64,000 nucleotides of DNA from Fimbriosthenelais zetlandica (taxonomy: Eukaryota). The translations under genes were made by a program, and so were the position numbers. The first letter of the stretch is position 1. Each line of letters opens with the position of its first letter. The notes under the pieces are model-generated. The model was not told the origin of the DNA, did not search any database, and saw only the letters and a program-made list of their open reading frames with translations. Where the stretch lies: positions 18,042,001 to 18,106,000 of the forward strand of contig OZ365116.1 in NCBI GenBank assembly GCA_977030845.1. The letters run 5' to 3'. This document shows, piece after piece, positions 1-14,400 of this stretch.

Positions 1-1670
1 TTCCCCAGCAACTTACTGTTAAAGAAGACACGTCATCGTAGGTCGTGTATGGGTTATCTAAAACATGCCCACAGATCTGCAGCCAGGGTGGCGAGTGATA
101 GATGTTCTAATGCATGGTTCCTGTCAGGCAGCCTCCTTATGGCACTAGATGTAGCTGAATATTGAGTACCTTAAAGGTGCAATAAGCTACAGTTTTATTG
201 TCAGCACATGACGAGGATAACAAAAAGGCACAGAGCCAGGAACACTTACTTAAAGCCTAGTATTTAGCTCGTTTATTTCAAATATTTCTGAGTTTCAAAT
301 CCTACTTATGGAACTGAAAGGTTTATTAACATGATTCATATTGCCCATCAGGCAATCCACAAGTATGTACTGACTTACAACCTGACGTAGGCCTTGTAAA
401 GGAAGCATATGAGAATTTTTGCCTGGGAAATATTTTCTCCTTGAGGGGTAACCTTTAAATGAGGATTAATCTGTGAGAGTTTGAATTTCAGCGAAATACA
501 AAAAACTTTAATCATCTGCGGAAGCTTAAATGGGATATTTCCTTGGCAATTTCTTGGGCCACCCACAAAAAAGTCTCCGGGGATTGAATGGGCTGCCAAT
601 GGGATTAGGTCGGTGTAGAATTACCAATATTTATTTTTGGGAATAATACAATTATCATTGAAATAATAGTGAAATGTCAAATGGTCCTGCCATGCAAATC
701 ATGTTGCCTTGCTCCCAAATCTTTCTGTACCTTTATCATCTTGAATAGGACTGATGCTGTTCTCTGTCTTTACACTTTCCACCACCATCATACAAATCCA
801 ATATGTATTTATAAATATTTAAGGGAGTAGAACATCATGTGGAAAGTATAATGCTCTCTTATGGGTCATTTATTATGACCCTATTTGCCCTATCAGCCAG
901 GAAAATGGCTGTAAGGATGGTCAGTTTAGTACACAGTAAACGATGAGTCATCTCAGCATTTGGATGTAGGCGGAGTTCATTTTGTACATAGTTATGTACG
1001 GGGACCATTCATTTATTAGTGGGCTTTACTGGTAGGAGCTGTCGTTATCCAGTGCTGAGTAGTTTCCTCTTAACACTGCCATCAAATGTTTTCACGCACA
1101 AAAGGGAAGCCCTTCCACATCAAGAGGGAAACCTTATATTTGAAAGGGAGAAACCCTTCCCCAACCATGTCATCTTTTAGTCAGTCATGTCGTTTGGCTT
1201 GCGTGAACCATTTTGATGTTATCTGTCATTTTGTCTTGTTTAAATGACCAGCATACCATCAGTATAGATTATAAATATACATTCAAGAAGAACTGACTAA
1301 ATTCTCCTGCACCTATAGCTCACTGTGTTGGGCATGTTGATAAGTGACATTTGATAGCCCACACTTTTCTCTGAGGCTAATAACACCAGCCCCTCCCTAC
1401 TGCTCTCCTTCTCCTCTCATACACTGCCCACCCATCCCTTGTACACGCCTTCATCTCAATCTGACATTTTATACTTTTTTCCTCATCGCAGGTATTAAAT
1501 TTCTGTCCATGATATTGCCAATGTAACTGGAGCATCCGGGGAGTGGCGGTATTTTCCTTTCTGATGAGGTGGATGTTATTGGAGAGCCAAAATGGAGCAT
1601 GTATATGTAGCTATCTCTCATATCCGATGGGCTCTCTCAATAATGATGTCCATTTAAACCAAAAACACTC

Positions 1671-1720
1671 CTCTACTCTCTCTCTCTCTATCTCTCTCCC
1701 TCTCTTTCTCTCTTTCTCTC
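1671..1720. repeat. Imperfect (CT)n microsatellite
   Basis: CTCTACTCTCTCTCTCTCTATCTCTCTCCCTCTCTTTCTCTCTTTCTCTC read directly. Confidence 0.9.
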
Positions 1721-1929
1721 TACGTCTTCATTGTATATCATTACCTATACGGTCATGGATCTAATTGCCCATACACATGACCAACACTAGCTCTGCCTGT
1801 GCTTGTAATTTTATACTTTAAGGTAGTACAGGTATAGATGAGTGTGGCCATTATGATATGAAATCATTTTTGTCAGCGATGAAATCTGAAATCCAAGACG
1901 CTATTTGGTTTTAAGGAAAATGTCAGATA

Positions 1930-2600
1930 GCTTGTTGCCTTGTGTACATGGCATTTGTCCCTCCTCTTCTGCCCCATCAACCATTACCGTGTCTTAGGAT
2001 TGTGTGCTTAGATGAAACACCAGGGCCATCAGACACATATACATAAAAAGCCTATCAATATGACAGCCTATAGATTGTGTGCGCGCCATTTTGTGTTTTA
2101 TCACAAGTATCATGATGGCCTCCATTACCATCGTTGAATTGCAGACTTTCTGCCTACAGTCCCGTCTATCTTGTAAACGGAGCTGACAAGTTCATTTCTG
2201 CCATGTTGAAAACATAGAACAGCAGTCAAAATTAGTGGATATTATTCTAAATTAAAGAAAGTAAAGTCATTTAATTCGACCTTGTAAACCAATGAGTGTG
2301 TCCCACACACCCACACGTTCCTATACCTCTGCGTAAGTCACATATGGATCCTATCTATATGCTTGTTCACATTCCATTGACCAAAACATTGACCAGTGAG
2401 TCTCCAGAAAACATGCTTCATGGTTGCCATATGCATCTCCAACATGGTGAGTAGTATCAGGAAATGAGAATTGTGCTCGGGAATAACAAGAATACATTGC
2501 CTCATGAACGACGAACTGCTCCCCACCAACCAGAAACATTCCCTGTATCTATCACTTTCAAATACCTCCACGCCCCGGCCATGTTTGTCATGCCTCAGCG
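1930..2600 (-). mobile_element. Degenerate Ty3/Gypsy-type LTR retrotransposon integrase remnant
   Basis: Frameshifted minus-strand pieces resemble the integrase HHCC region (CILVIPEHN.., H..DAYGNH.., SMFW, ..GTCGC) followed at lower coordinates by core-like MILVIK and VSDGPGVSS (cf. VSDNGPQFTS). Recognised by eye; many stops and frameshifts. Confidence 0.5.
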
Positions 2601-4514
2601 TTTGTTAACATGGTTTATCTTGATTTATTTTGACGGCTTAACTAGCAGGATGCAGTCACTATTGGCATTTGGCCATTGCCTTCCCCAACTGGCCAATCAT
2701 GTATCAGAGTTACAATCAGGAATAGGGCGGACATGGTCTCATTACGTCTGGGAGTGTCCCGCAATTAATGTGAGATAATTTTCCACGTTTATCTCTCCCT
2801 TCTCTGGCCCTCGTTTTTCATTGTGGTCTCCCTTTTTGTTGTTGGTCCCGCTCCCACTCAAAGAGCACCTCTATAGATGCCATTACCTTCCATGCAGGCA
2901 ATGCTGCGGTACATTCTGACAGTGGATGAAGGGATATTATATGCAACCCAAGTGCTTTAATATTATTCATAATCCAATAATTCTAAGTTTACATTATTGT
3001 ATATGCTATGTAATATAATGGGGACATTGTTGTTGTGTGTCTAGCTTCCCCTCCAGAGTTGATTCTGCTAAAAAATCAATCCACGACTGGTCTTCCTTTG
3101 TTAAGAAAACAGTTTTCCATCCCACATGGTCAGCGGAGAAACAAAAGAGCAATTCTGACCAGTTTATGGCAAGAGTCTCAAATCCTTTGGACCTTTTGAC
3201 TGCCTGTTCTTTCTTTCACTAACGATTCACTCTGGCTGTGTCGAATCGTGGATTTCAGCTTTATCCTATTTCACGGCATAAGTTATCAATATACCTAAGG
3301 CAATTTTGGGCCTTCGTTGTACTGGCTATTATAACAAGAATGTCCAAGATTACCATCTGTCAAATAAAGGTATTAAGGATTGGGGTTTAGGGGAAGCTGG
3401 GTGATTTCTGGTGAAGCAAGCCTGGTGCCGTTAAGGCAGTACGAGCCCCTGCTAGTTTCACTGCATGAGGCAGCAAGTCTCAGGGGAACCATCAGACCAG
3501 GGCACAAATAGGACTTTCTATCTACACGATGGCTCTATGACGTGGTTCGCAAGCATTAGCAGCCTGACAAAGTAAGACTAACCTGCCTCACCACTCAATC
3601 TCCTTCAACCAGCTTTAGTTTTGCGCCTGAATAATTTGGAGAAATAAACTTTTCTCCCCTGGATTAAGTCAAAATGGAGGGCTGTATATTACTGAAATAC
3701 TTCAGAACTTCCGCTCTATAATATATCAGTAGGTATAGAATACAGTTCAGTCTTCCTCTTAAGTTTTAAGTCTGTCATTATAGGGCGAGTGAGCTGCCGA
3801 AATAATCACACTTAAACCGTTAAAAATTCCACACAGAAATTGATCCTCTCTGGATCATTGGGGCGTTTATTGTGATCCAAAGCTTCACTCTGAATGCAAT
3901 GATGGAGTTTAGGTCGTAGATGTAGTTCTAGTTACCAGAGGCCTCATTATTTCAGGGTGGACATCAGTTGTATTAGAGGGCTTTCCATCCAACATTTGCA
4001 AGGTCATAGACTGGCTCTGTTGAATTCTGATCAATAGAGTTCATCCTCATCCAATCGATTCTGCAAAATGAGCTTATTGAAATGGAGACAGTAGTCCTAG
4101 ATTCCACTGCTTATCTCCAGTGCAACAGGAGCTTTGATAACAGAGTATTCAGTCCCATATCTACTGATAACCATTTGTTCTGGAGTATCCCTCAGCCAAT
4201 TTTAGATACTTTCCCTTTTCACAATCAACAGCCCAAGCCCCTGATGATCTATTTATAGCAGAATCATACTCTTCTAGTTCCCACAATGCCCTGCATGGGA
4301 CCATCAAGATCACGTGATCTGCTTCTTTCATCGTGATTGGCTAGATAAGGATCTGGGGGAGAATTGGTTATGATCTAATATGGGGCAGGGAGATAAGCAC
4401 GATGAAAACTGGCTGGTTATCAGACTTTCCGCTGAGCAATCATTACCTCTGTCATCATCATTCATCTGAGAAACTGCCCGCTTCTCAACCTCCTCATCTT
4501 CCTCCAACTCCTCC

Positions 4515-4790
4515 TGATCCTGTCACATCCAGCTCCTGTCACATCCTGTCCCTGTCACATCCAACCCCTGTCACATCCAACCCCTGCACCTCTTGCTCAT
4601 GTCATATCCAAACCCTGTACATCCTATCACATCCAGTTCATTGGAACTGGTTCCTGCCCCTAGCTGTCACATCCAGCTCCTCCTGTTCCTGCCACATCCA
4701 GACCCTCCTGCTGCTGTCACATCCAGATCAGCATCCTGCTCCTGTATTTCACATCCAAGTGCTGTCACATCCTGCTCCTGCTGCACCCAC
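4515..4790. repeat. Degenerate minisatellite built on CCTGTCACATCC
   Basis: About a dozen variants of (C)TGTCACATCC at roughly 15-35 bp spacing; accounts for ORFs 4402..4848 and 4593..4814. Confidence 0.85.
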
Positions 4791-5649
4791 CTCTTATCCA
4801 TACCCTCTATATAGATCTTTACGAAGCGTTCCAGGAACAATATTTTAAATTATCATTCGATTTCTGGCTACAAATTGGAATTGAACCAATTCTCTCTCGA
4901 TCACATTTTTCACAGATTCAGTTTTCTTTGCTCAAATTAATATATTATGATCTGAAAGGGTAAGTAATATCATTTTTTACCTTATGACGTTCTTTAATGT
5001 CGATGTTAGAATAATCTTATTCCTGATTGCACGAGTACCATGTACGTTTGCTATGACTTTTTCCTGTTAACTCAATCAATGGATGCTGAATGCAATCAGG
5101 ATGTCAGCAGTTGATTTGCTGTCATATATCAGCAGAAAGACGGGAGCTTTGTCGTCCCCTAAAAAGCGATGAACATAACCGGATGTTGCCCGGGGAGCTG
5201 GAACTCATTCTCAGAGGACGTCTCTCTGAAAATTTATATTCTATACACGCTGTTTTCATGTCTCTCCTGGAGGAGCCCAAATTAGGGCGGACGTGGTACG
5301 GCGGAAGTTACTTGCGGAAGGAGTTAGATATGAAACAGATGGATGCGGGAGGGTAGGCTCCTCATGACAAATAGTTTGGCTGGGTAATAATGAGCTTCAA
5401 GTAAAGGCAAGAAAAGATACAAGAGAAGGAGGGTATACCGCTAGATATATAGTCCCTACTTAATTAATTAAAGGGCAAAATGACCATGATATAGAAGGGT
5501 CAGGGACCACACATGCATGCAGGAATACAGGGCGGCTCTTAAAGGATCCAACATGATCCCTATGTCCCAAACCTTAAATATACATTTAAGGTCACCACTA
5601 TCAGCCAAAGTATGCAAGTGTCAGTTGTTAGAAGAGACGGTAAAAAACG

Positions 5650-6050
5650 ACCCCCTTCCTGCTGCAGTCCTCTGATAACTTATACATTATTTGCCATGCC
5701 TGACACCCGTTAACGGTGCTACAGCTCCTGACCTTTCTGCCTATCAAAAGGCCCCCGCCGACCATTTTGGGTGGCATTGTCTGCTAATAACGACACGTAA
5801 TTACTTGTGTGAACCAGCTCTGACAGTTGGTTGCGATAAAGTAGAGGAATTTTAATGAACTTGCGGCCATAAACATTTGTCTCTGTCGTTTGGCCTTGAC
5901 GGCCAGGAATGACCGCGGTCTCCCAGGAGACGGCCTTGACCTCAAACACCTCATATAGCCAGGGCTACGTGCCTCTTTTGGCAAGATGTCTGCCACAAGG
6001 GGTGATGTTAATCTAACCCTGCTCTTCTCTGCCAGTGATCCTGGCCAATC
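5650..6050 (-). mobile_element. Possible hAT-superfamily (ZNF862/C17orf113-like) transposase fragment
   Basis: LPKEARSPGYMRCL, then after a frameshift GQTTETNVYGRKFIK..LSELVHTSNYVSLLADNATQ, resembling the AKxxRP..GxTYxN..FI..FSLLxDxST pattern around the first catalytic Asp. By eye only. Confidence 0.35.
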
Positions 6051-6299
6051 TCCTGCATGCAAATACTTGGTAAAAGTGATAATAGGGTGTCAACAAGCTA
6101 CGTCCAGTCAACAAACACTATCATGCCTCCACACAAAAGTAATGCGTCAGGGATCAGACTCATTTTCCTAACAACCTTCATTATGATAACTTTGCTACCA
6201 CTTTGGGGGGTAAATTCTGGATGATTTCCGCCAGAAATTCAGTTTCCTTGTTGAGGTGTGTGCGGGGGAGTAGTTCGGAGCCGGGCGGCGGTGATGAAT

Positions 6300-8070
6300 T
6301 ATTTCGTTTATGGTAGGAGGAGCGCCATGACCTCAGCAGTAAAAGCCCTGGCCAGACATTCTATCTTCGGATCCATATTAAAACGAGCAGCTCGGGGAGA
6401 ATTATAGAGTAACTCATCACATAGCTTCATGAGCGAGAGATGAGTGCACCACCCCCCAGGCCATGTTCGCCAGTTAAAGGAGCTCGGGGAGTGCTGAGGA
6501 ATGCTGTGCCTTCTTCCAATATTCATAGCCTGAAACATAGGCATCAATTCTATGGAAATATCAAGGGTAAAACTACCACACTATCACCAAGCCAGTTATC
6601 TGTATACACAGAAAATGGCCCTTGAATGCAAACATATCAACCCGATTTCAGTGAATACATAGTTCCTTTTCAATATCGGTTGTATTCGTTTGCATTTCCC
6701 TACTATTTATCGTATGATCCTTGTAAGCAGTGACCACTACATGGTCAATGCTTAGTCATGTCCTAATGACGTCCATCCATCTGATGACCTTTTGTAGCCT
6801 TGACAACAAATGGCCCTTCACTGACCACAGCTGTGCTCTGTGATCAACAACCCATCTCAGTGCAGGAATCCCTCTGAGCGTGTCAGCCGGCTAGCCACTT
6901 GAGCAACCCAAAACAGGGAATTAGCATGATTGCTACAATGTTTATAAATAATCTCATCTTAGCACATGGGATTCCCACTTATTGTGGATCAATGGAGAGC
7001 TACTATAAGGCAGGCATTAGAATCCATGTATACCTCCTGCAATAGCTCCAGTAAGCCCTTTAATCACAGAGAAAAAAGATCAGTTGACAATTTCATTCCG
7101 CCCAACCCTTGCACACGAACTAACTTTCTCCTAAAAAGGATGCATCATGTTACAACAGCCAATGAACCTGATCTAGAGTCTTATCTACCAATTAGAGATT
7201 CTGTTAGATGAACACTATCTTCTCTGTTTCGTGATTAATTACACGTGCATTTTATATCAGGATGCCAGAGTAATGATCCTATTTTTTTGCAATTAAGCAT
7301 GCTGGTAATCTTATTAAAATCTCAATGAAATGTATAACATTATATCCTGCAGTGTGGGCTGCATCGCGGCTTGTCCAGTCCCAGATTCTCATCCAGTGTT
7401 AAACTCCGTTTGGAGGTAAAGTTCCCCTTAAATACTGCGGCTAAACACCTTGATCTGTCACCAATTGTGACATTTTTTCCCCTCATATTGTTACGGATGT
7501 AGGGCATCCGCTATGCATAGCCAGAGGGCATGCCTTTGGTCATGAAGACACCATAGGAAAAATTCATCAATGATTGGATTGATGCCATCAATTATTCATG
7601 CAATTTAATTCACACAAGCCACAACTCATCAAAGCACTTGGAAGCGAGGAGTGGGTTTGAGGGTAGGTGTTGAGTGTGCGAAGGGAAAGAGAACTAAAAG
7701 GGGTGTCTAAATGGTGCGTAGTATCGAAAAGGTATACAGTAATGGTGCATATGATGAGGTACAGAAATGCAGGATCAGGTCTTGCCATTGATGCAAGTCA
7801 TATATAAATTGTCAAAGCTGAGGGACCCGTTTCAAAAGGAAAATTAGCAATGCTAAAACTATGGCTAATTTTCGCTTTGGAACCTAGCAAATTGGAAGGA
7901 AGAAGAGCGTTGCGAATGCAGTCAGCTAGTTCAAAGATCCTAAAAGCCCTTTGCTGAGAAACCTGCGTTAAATATTTAACAACACTGAGACTTTGTACCC
8001 CAGGATGGTGTGAGGGTGTGTGGTCATGTGCAGTGACTAAGTGTGAAGGAAACTGAAAGCGTCTTCCAGG
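6300..8070 (-). mobile_element. Possible highly degraded DIRS-like RT/RNase H remnant
   Basis: Correctly ordered but poorly conserved motif echoes on the minus strand: LRTLNTY (cf. DLRxLNxY), MASIQ (cf. MASIDL), KGMPSG (cf. LPFG), HTINSREM (cf. HINxLE), PGG..SLMKLCDELL. No intact YxDD was found. Confidence 0.28.
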
Positions 8071-9194
8071 CACTCTGCATCTTGATGTGTTTTGACTGAA
8101 CTGGACACTTCGGTTGACAAGAGGAAAGGGCCAAAGTAATAGATGTTGACCTAATTAGTTTCATAAACCTCTGACTGAATAATTATATTGTCCTTCATAG
8201 GTCCCCCTAATTACTGGTTCTCCGTTAGGAAGAGGTATAGATTAAATGAGGTGAGAACAAATTAGTTGGGGTTTAATCAAAGCAATTAATTGACGCTTCT
8301 TCTTGTTGGGTTGACTGCAGTAAGCATACGATGTTAAATATTGGGACTATCGGTATATTGTTACATGTATATCTACGTAGAAGTCCCCTGCTATTGAAGG
8401 GACCATAGGGCTACAGATATAGATCTTTAGAGCACAGCTCTATGCCATGTTACATGAGATTCGTGATTAATGGAAAGCGACCTCCCTTGTCGTCAAAATC
8501 AAATATGAGTGTCACCCAAGTCCACAAGAGTTCTTCTCCGGGCTTGAATGCTATCATACAAAATTGATTTCATGTTGGTGAATAAGGTCGCTTTTGATTA
8601 GAATCAGGCTGACATACTAGACGCCATATTTTTGTTCTCTTCCCCAACACTATGAAACGTTCATGGACAATTGTGTGTGAGAGAGAGCTCTTCTAAAGCT
8701 TATACTCTCTAACTTTCTCTCCTTCCCTTTCTCTCCTTCTCTTCATTTGCTTCCTTGATTTTCTTATAACATCAAGCACCCCTCTTCAATCACTGAGGGA
8801 CGCTTCATGTCCTTATGACGTCACACTAGATGGATGACGTGGGGTAAATCACGTCATGATGGATGGAGATTGTCCATAGTAACAATGCTGCAAACAACAG
8901 CACCCCAACTGGCTGATGAATTGCCTCCAGCTTTTTCCACATAAGCTGCCATCTGGGTATTTATATGCCACACAATGCAACAAGTGCCACAAAGAATAAA
9001 TCTTATCAATGCCACATAAGATTGCAGTATATTGTTTGGAAAGGGATACTATATTCTTTTGGTATCAGTTTTTGCAGTTTACTATCAACCAAAACGCCTC
9101 AAAGGGGAACTCTGAAAAATAGTCGTCTAATAGTTTTTTGATGAATCTTACAACGAAAATATTAGCCCTATTCTCAATTTATTTGCATTATACA

Positions 9195-9460
9195 CATCCT
9201 ACAATGGGCGATAATAGGGAAGTTAGTAATGTAGAGACCTGAGTGTTCTGTATAAAGAGATGTAGGCCTAATTACAGTTATACTTAGTGTAGTTATAGAG
9301 AAGAGAAGTTCTTATCTAATACTTATGCTATATGTATCTCCATTATGCAAATTCTACATTGGGCGATAATAGGGGATCTTGTGAAATGGAGAAGCGAATG
9401 TTCTAGATATTGTTTCTTCCTGTGTAGCTATAGACTCTATAGAGAAGAGAACCTCTTAAA
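9195..9460. repeat. Diverged ~150-bp tandem duplication
   Basis: CTACA(A/T)TGGGCGATAATAGGGGA near 9200 and 9355; TATAGAGAAGAGAA near 9294 and 9438. Confidence 0.7.
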
Positions 9461-10849
9461 TATGGTCTCTATGGTTACCAAGTAATTTCCTTAGTAAAGC
9501 ATGGTCATTACTCCTCCAACTCTTTTACTCCTGGACTCCATTATTCACGTACTCCATCTCTAGGCTATTTATCTCTGACTTCCAGTTGGAGGCTAAAAGT
9601 AGCCTATATTTGAAAGGGAAAGTTCCCAGGTGAAACTGTCATCACTTCCAATTTCCTATATCTGGATGGATGAACCTGTTATGAGCCTATTCTATAATAT
9701 TTTAATGGCATAGCTATACATCATTACAATTTTGTATGCAAACTAAAAAAATAGGCTATGCCTATGATTTGATGGCAGGAAGAAGATAAAGCCCTAATTT
9801 ATATAGGCTTTTCCAGACCATTGAATTCTTGCAAGATGAAGGAATCTCAAAGATTTGACACCCCTCGGTCTGTGCCTCGTCCTGCAGAAAAGGAACATCT
9901 CAATTTTGGTATTCCTTGGTGTAATCTTACAGATAACCCCCACTTGGTTGCCATGGTTTCGCTATCTATGATGGGGCGATGTGGGTGCATCTTACCCGGG
10001 GACTATGATTAGGTTTAATCGTCGGGAAGTGAGGGCCCGGATTTGTTGTGATGGACCCGTCTGAGCATGCGCCAATGGCTATAGTGATGGGGGTTGGGTG
10101 GTGACCCCTGTCAGAGCCAGTTATTTGCCCAAGTAGTCAACGATTCTTACCCTGAAATACCAGCTGTATAGCTGTCTCTCTATGCTCTAAGCATTCAGAG
10201 GGCCAATTCTGAGCTCTCTTTATGGGAATTAGTTACCTTATAGTCACCAAATATTGCCAAGATGTCGATAGATCCCTAATTCAATGGAAGAAGCATGTAT
10301 CGTCGAGATTTAGCGCCTGCCTTGGCCCATTTTGATGTAAGTTCATTAAGTTTTATATTAATATAATCTATGAAAAATAAAATGTTTGAGATTCATCACT
10401 GTCCTTAGATAATTGTAGGATTCATTTATTTTTTAACCCAGGAGTTTCATTTTGATTTAACTCTTTTTTGTTTCGATTTTAGAAATTCAAATATCTGACT
10501 GCCATGAAGTTTTAGTCTGGATCAACGATTTCATCACCTACATGAGAAGACGGAATAAAGTGAGTATAACTTCGAAGCTTTTCATTTTTGGTCGTGGGTT
10601 TCCTTACAGTTCCATTTCGTTGCACCTAAACAGGATGAGGACTGCACATTATGGAGGCACATACATGTACATTTACACAAGGTCTATCTTAGCGATGGAA
10701 ACTAATGTTGCATGTTCATAATGCCTATATAATGCTCAATATTAGAGCGGCAATGTCCTTGTTTCCCCTTTTATCCATACCGTTTTCTTCCTTTCGTTTC
10801 CTCATCGCATTTGGGACTTTATCCTTTTCTCCACCACCCATTCCTCACA

Positions 10850-11450
10850 TCCCCTCTTTCCCCTTTAGCAATGCAAGAAGTCGCCTAGAAGGCTAATGAT
10901 ATCTTAGATGACTGCCCATGGCAGAAGTGTCCTCAAGCAGAAAACATACATTTTCTGGTTGAGAGAGCTATGGTGGAGGAAAACAAGGCAAACAATATCA
11001 TCCACGCTACATGGCTACTTTATCATCTATGAACCAGCGGCAGTCATTTATCATCATTGCAGTTCGTTTATACATGTGTGCAGAATAATTTTAGTACAAT
11101 GTACTCCTAATCTGTCCAAAAAGACCCAACTTCCATTTATAAGGTTAAAGGAACCCAGTAAGTTTATCAGTGAGAGGACCATATATAGTGAAGTTACTCT
11201 GACATCAACCAGGCCTAACAGTAGACCACAGTCAGTTCCATGGGTCACTCTTTTTGTCGAAGACTGACGATTATACAGCATCCTGTGTGCAGCAATTTGT
11301 TGTGCAATTTTCCCACAATTGGCAGCAATTTCCTGCAGAAAGGAGTCTTGCATCTGTGAGGCCCAAGAAGAGGGGGTTTAGGAGAGAACATGCTGGCTTC
11401 TTCTCTTCATTCGTGTTAGAATGTGTGGCTTGGATTGGAGATTTCAGGAC
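10850..11450 (-). mobile_element. Degenerate PIF/Harbinger (DDE_Tnp_4-like) transposase remnant
   Basis: Ordered minus-strand echoes: LYNR (cf. YYNxKG), LLLGLVD..SLYM (cf. VLLALVDAxYKFLY), SVDD (cf. VGDDAF), SLNQKMYVF (cf. ..RIFNYRLS). Broken by frameshifts. Confidence 0.45.
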
Positions 11451-14400
11451 ACAGGCTGTAATGATGGTCAATTTGGGACATTCATTGCTCACTACATTTT
11501 TCTCTGATCAAAGAGCCTAGCCTGCCTCATTGTCCTGTCATGACTACGTCACGACTATAATAAGTGTGCACATGCACGTGTGTGCAATCTGCAAATCCTA
11601 ATAGATACTGTCATGCATCTTTAAATTTCTCAAAGAGGATCAGATATAGCGTATAAGCAAATAACATATTAAACGGCCCTTAATTGCCAATGCATCCTCC
11701 CCATCCTCCCAGCCACACCCCCATGCAGAGGTCCTGAGAAGATGTAAAACTTAGCTTCTTTTCGCCTCGAACCGGAAGTGATAAGGCATATAGATGTAGC
11801 TATAATCTTTACCAATTTGCACCGCTCATACCATTGGCCTTGGTTCCCCTGGCCAATATCTTTCATATATCATATCAGAACCAATAACACCTAATCGATG
11901 TCCTCATGAAAACAAATCGAGTTAGAGTGATGCCCGTTTCTCCTTTGTAGCTTTTGCCTGCTTCATTTCCGGTGGGTGGTAAGGGTGAGAGGAGCAGATA
12001 ACAAATATCCATTACCTCGCCTAGACCCTGCCCGCGCCACCATTATGAACATGTCATCTCGAATATAGATCCTCGCCTGCCCAGCAAGGTGTCAGCCTAC
12101 CATTTCCATCTCATATGTAATGTCACGTGGAGCTAACATTTTAAAGGAGGAAACTCTGTACAAATTGACGAGTCAGTCATATATACTCGCCGTTCACTTG
12201 TATGTTTAAATCATGTATATATTATATGAGCTTCCTTTCCTATGTGCTAACTTTCAAATTACATCACATTTCATTTCATACCTAATCTAATGCAGCTACT
12301 CCCTGGTCAAGCATATGGTCCCCCACAGGAAGCTCCACTTTTGGTCCAGCTGCCATCCGTGGACAATCCTCTTGTCGGTGGGAAGGCTGAGTATTTTGGA
12401 CTATTGGCGGGTAAAGTGGTACAAAATGTGTTTGTATTGACGTTACCATTTACGCCTATTGGATGTCGTTTGCACACCACCTACTTGGCGGTATGGAGAG
12501 GGCTGGGTTAATTCCTGCTGCCTCACAGTCCTGCCTAGACTCTGATGGCCTGATCAATGGTCAAGCCATATCCAGGGCCTGTCTCAACAACATCACCGAT
12601 CTGAGACACATCTTGCAGTTTCCTACAAATTTTCTTTAATTTGTGTAAATTCACTACGATTCTCTGTGAATTAAAAGCTTGAAGCGAACGGTACTTCTGC
12701 TTTTTAATGTAAGTCCAATGGCCTGCCTTTTAACAAAGTACAGAGGCGAGAAGGCAGTGGGCTGAAACTAATATATATATTCTGTTGGTGACAAAGACAT
12801 GATGCAGCAAGGAGAAGGGTCCAAAGGAAGCTGTTGACTCTTCCTGTATTATCATCATTTAGTAATGGGATGTAAATCTAATCATGGATATATATAAGAC
12901 ATTGGGTAAGCAGCCACATTGCCATTTGTGTTGACAGGATGTGGGTGGACCCCCACAAGTGCTCCCACTATGTCATTTACTGAAAATAGTGGCGACATTT
13001 CATACATAACCCAGTGATGGAATTACAGCAGCCCCCTCATGAAGATAAACTTGTCCACGTCATGGCCAATAATAACTGACATAATTTCCGATACCATTAC
13101 CACTCTCCTCTGGCACTCAACGTATTAGAGTTGCTCCCTCTAAACCAGCCAGGCCTAGATTAGCCATCATTATTAGCTCTAAATTATTTTGGCTAGCCTT
13201 CAACTTGTGTACATTCTTGCATCACACAGGGTCCTTTGCTGTTCAAACACACGTCTTGACCTCGGCCACAGTTATTGCATGCGGTTATGAGCAATTATGG
13301 GGAGATGGAGCGAGCAACATGGCTGTGGGGTGAGCTGCTCAAATCACCACTGTGTGCCTCTGGGGTCGTTATGCATGGGACCAAACAGTACAGTGTGACT
13401 TTAGCGTATCCTTGAATATGGTAGACTTTCTATTTGGCCTATACTGTCTCACATCCTTTTCATATAATATAAATACAATGCTTGAGGAGTTATTTGCAGG
13501 AAGCCTAACATTTACTCACGTTTTAAGTCTACCTTTCTGGGCGTATTTTCTATGAATCTGACACCCCCTAGTCAGCTCCTGGCCTCATAAAAGTGTTCAA
13601 CTGTAGCGTTCTCTCTGTGTATTAGCCGGTCTGGTCACGTGCCTCCCCATTCCCGAGCGGCCAAGACAATTTGGAAATCAGCGTCGGTCGGCGGGAAATC
13701 ACTCAGGAGGAAAATTTGATTTTACCTGATTTAGGATGAGGAAGACCAGTGGGCCAGAGTCTTCTCCGGGGCCAGTTTTGCTAAAATAAAGGGCAACAAT
13801 TCCGAAGGCAAGAAGGCATGATACTTGATCTCCCATGCCGGGCAGTGTGCATCACTAACCAGATATATATCACTAACGATTTCCAACACCAAGTTACAAA
13901 ACTAAAGGAAATTCGTTTCTGATATTGAACATGTTTGAGATGACATTTCAAATCTCTCTGTAAATAGGCCTACCAATTTGCATAAGACACCTTATTTGCC
14001 GTTTTCATTGAATGACGATGAATGATTTTAGAGTGTAGAGTTGTGTTGGGAGTGATGGGTGTGGTTTATGTCATTGTACCAGCTTTGTTTGCCACTTTTT
14101 AAACGACTGGCCCAACACAAGGCATGCTACTTGGAGTTTGCTGCCATTTGCTGCCGATCTAAATCCGATCTACTCAATTCCTGAGCAAGTTCCAAAGGTA
14201 TGGAGGAAACATTAGCCTCTTGCATGACTGTCTGTTCAGAGTTATGTGTCACAGGTGGCCAGGATTAGGCAAGTGTCCTATGACACTAATAAAACAATTA
14301 TTACGACTCTCTTAAAATGTACCTCACAATAGTTGAAAACATGTTTTGTCCTTTTCCTATACAGTCTTGTTTCTGCCGGGTGGTAACATATGAATATGGA

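Noticed and set aside
17-400. Minus-strand exon-like segments flanked by GTAAGT donors and AG acceptors
   Set aside because: All frames of the candidate exons contain stops (e.g. TGT TTT AGA TAA in 169-17); no coding model can be built.
375-599. ORF with faint piggyBac-like GNIPFKLPQMIKVFCI
   Set aside because: Catalytic DE and DN motifs are missing or wrongly spaced; resemblance too weak.
4402-4848. 148-aa and 73-aa ORFs
   Set aside because: Artefacts of the TGTCACATCC minisatellite.
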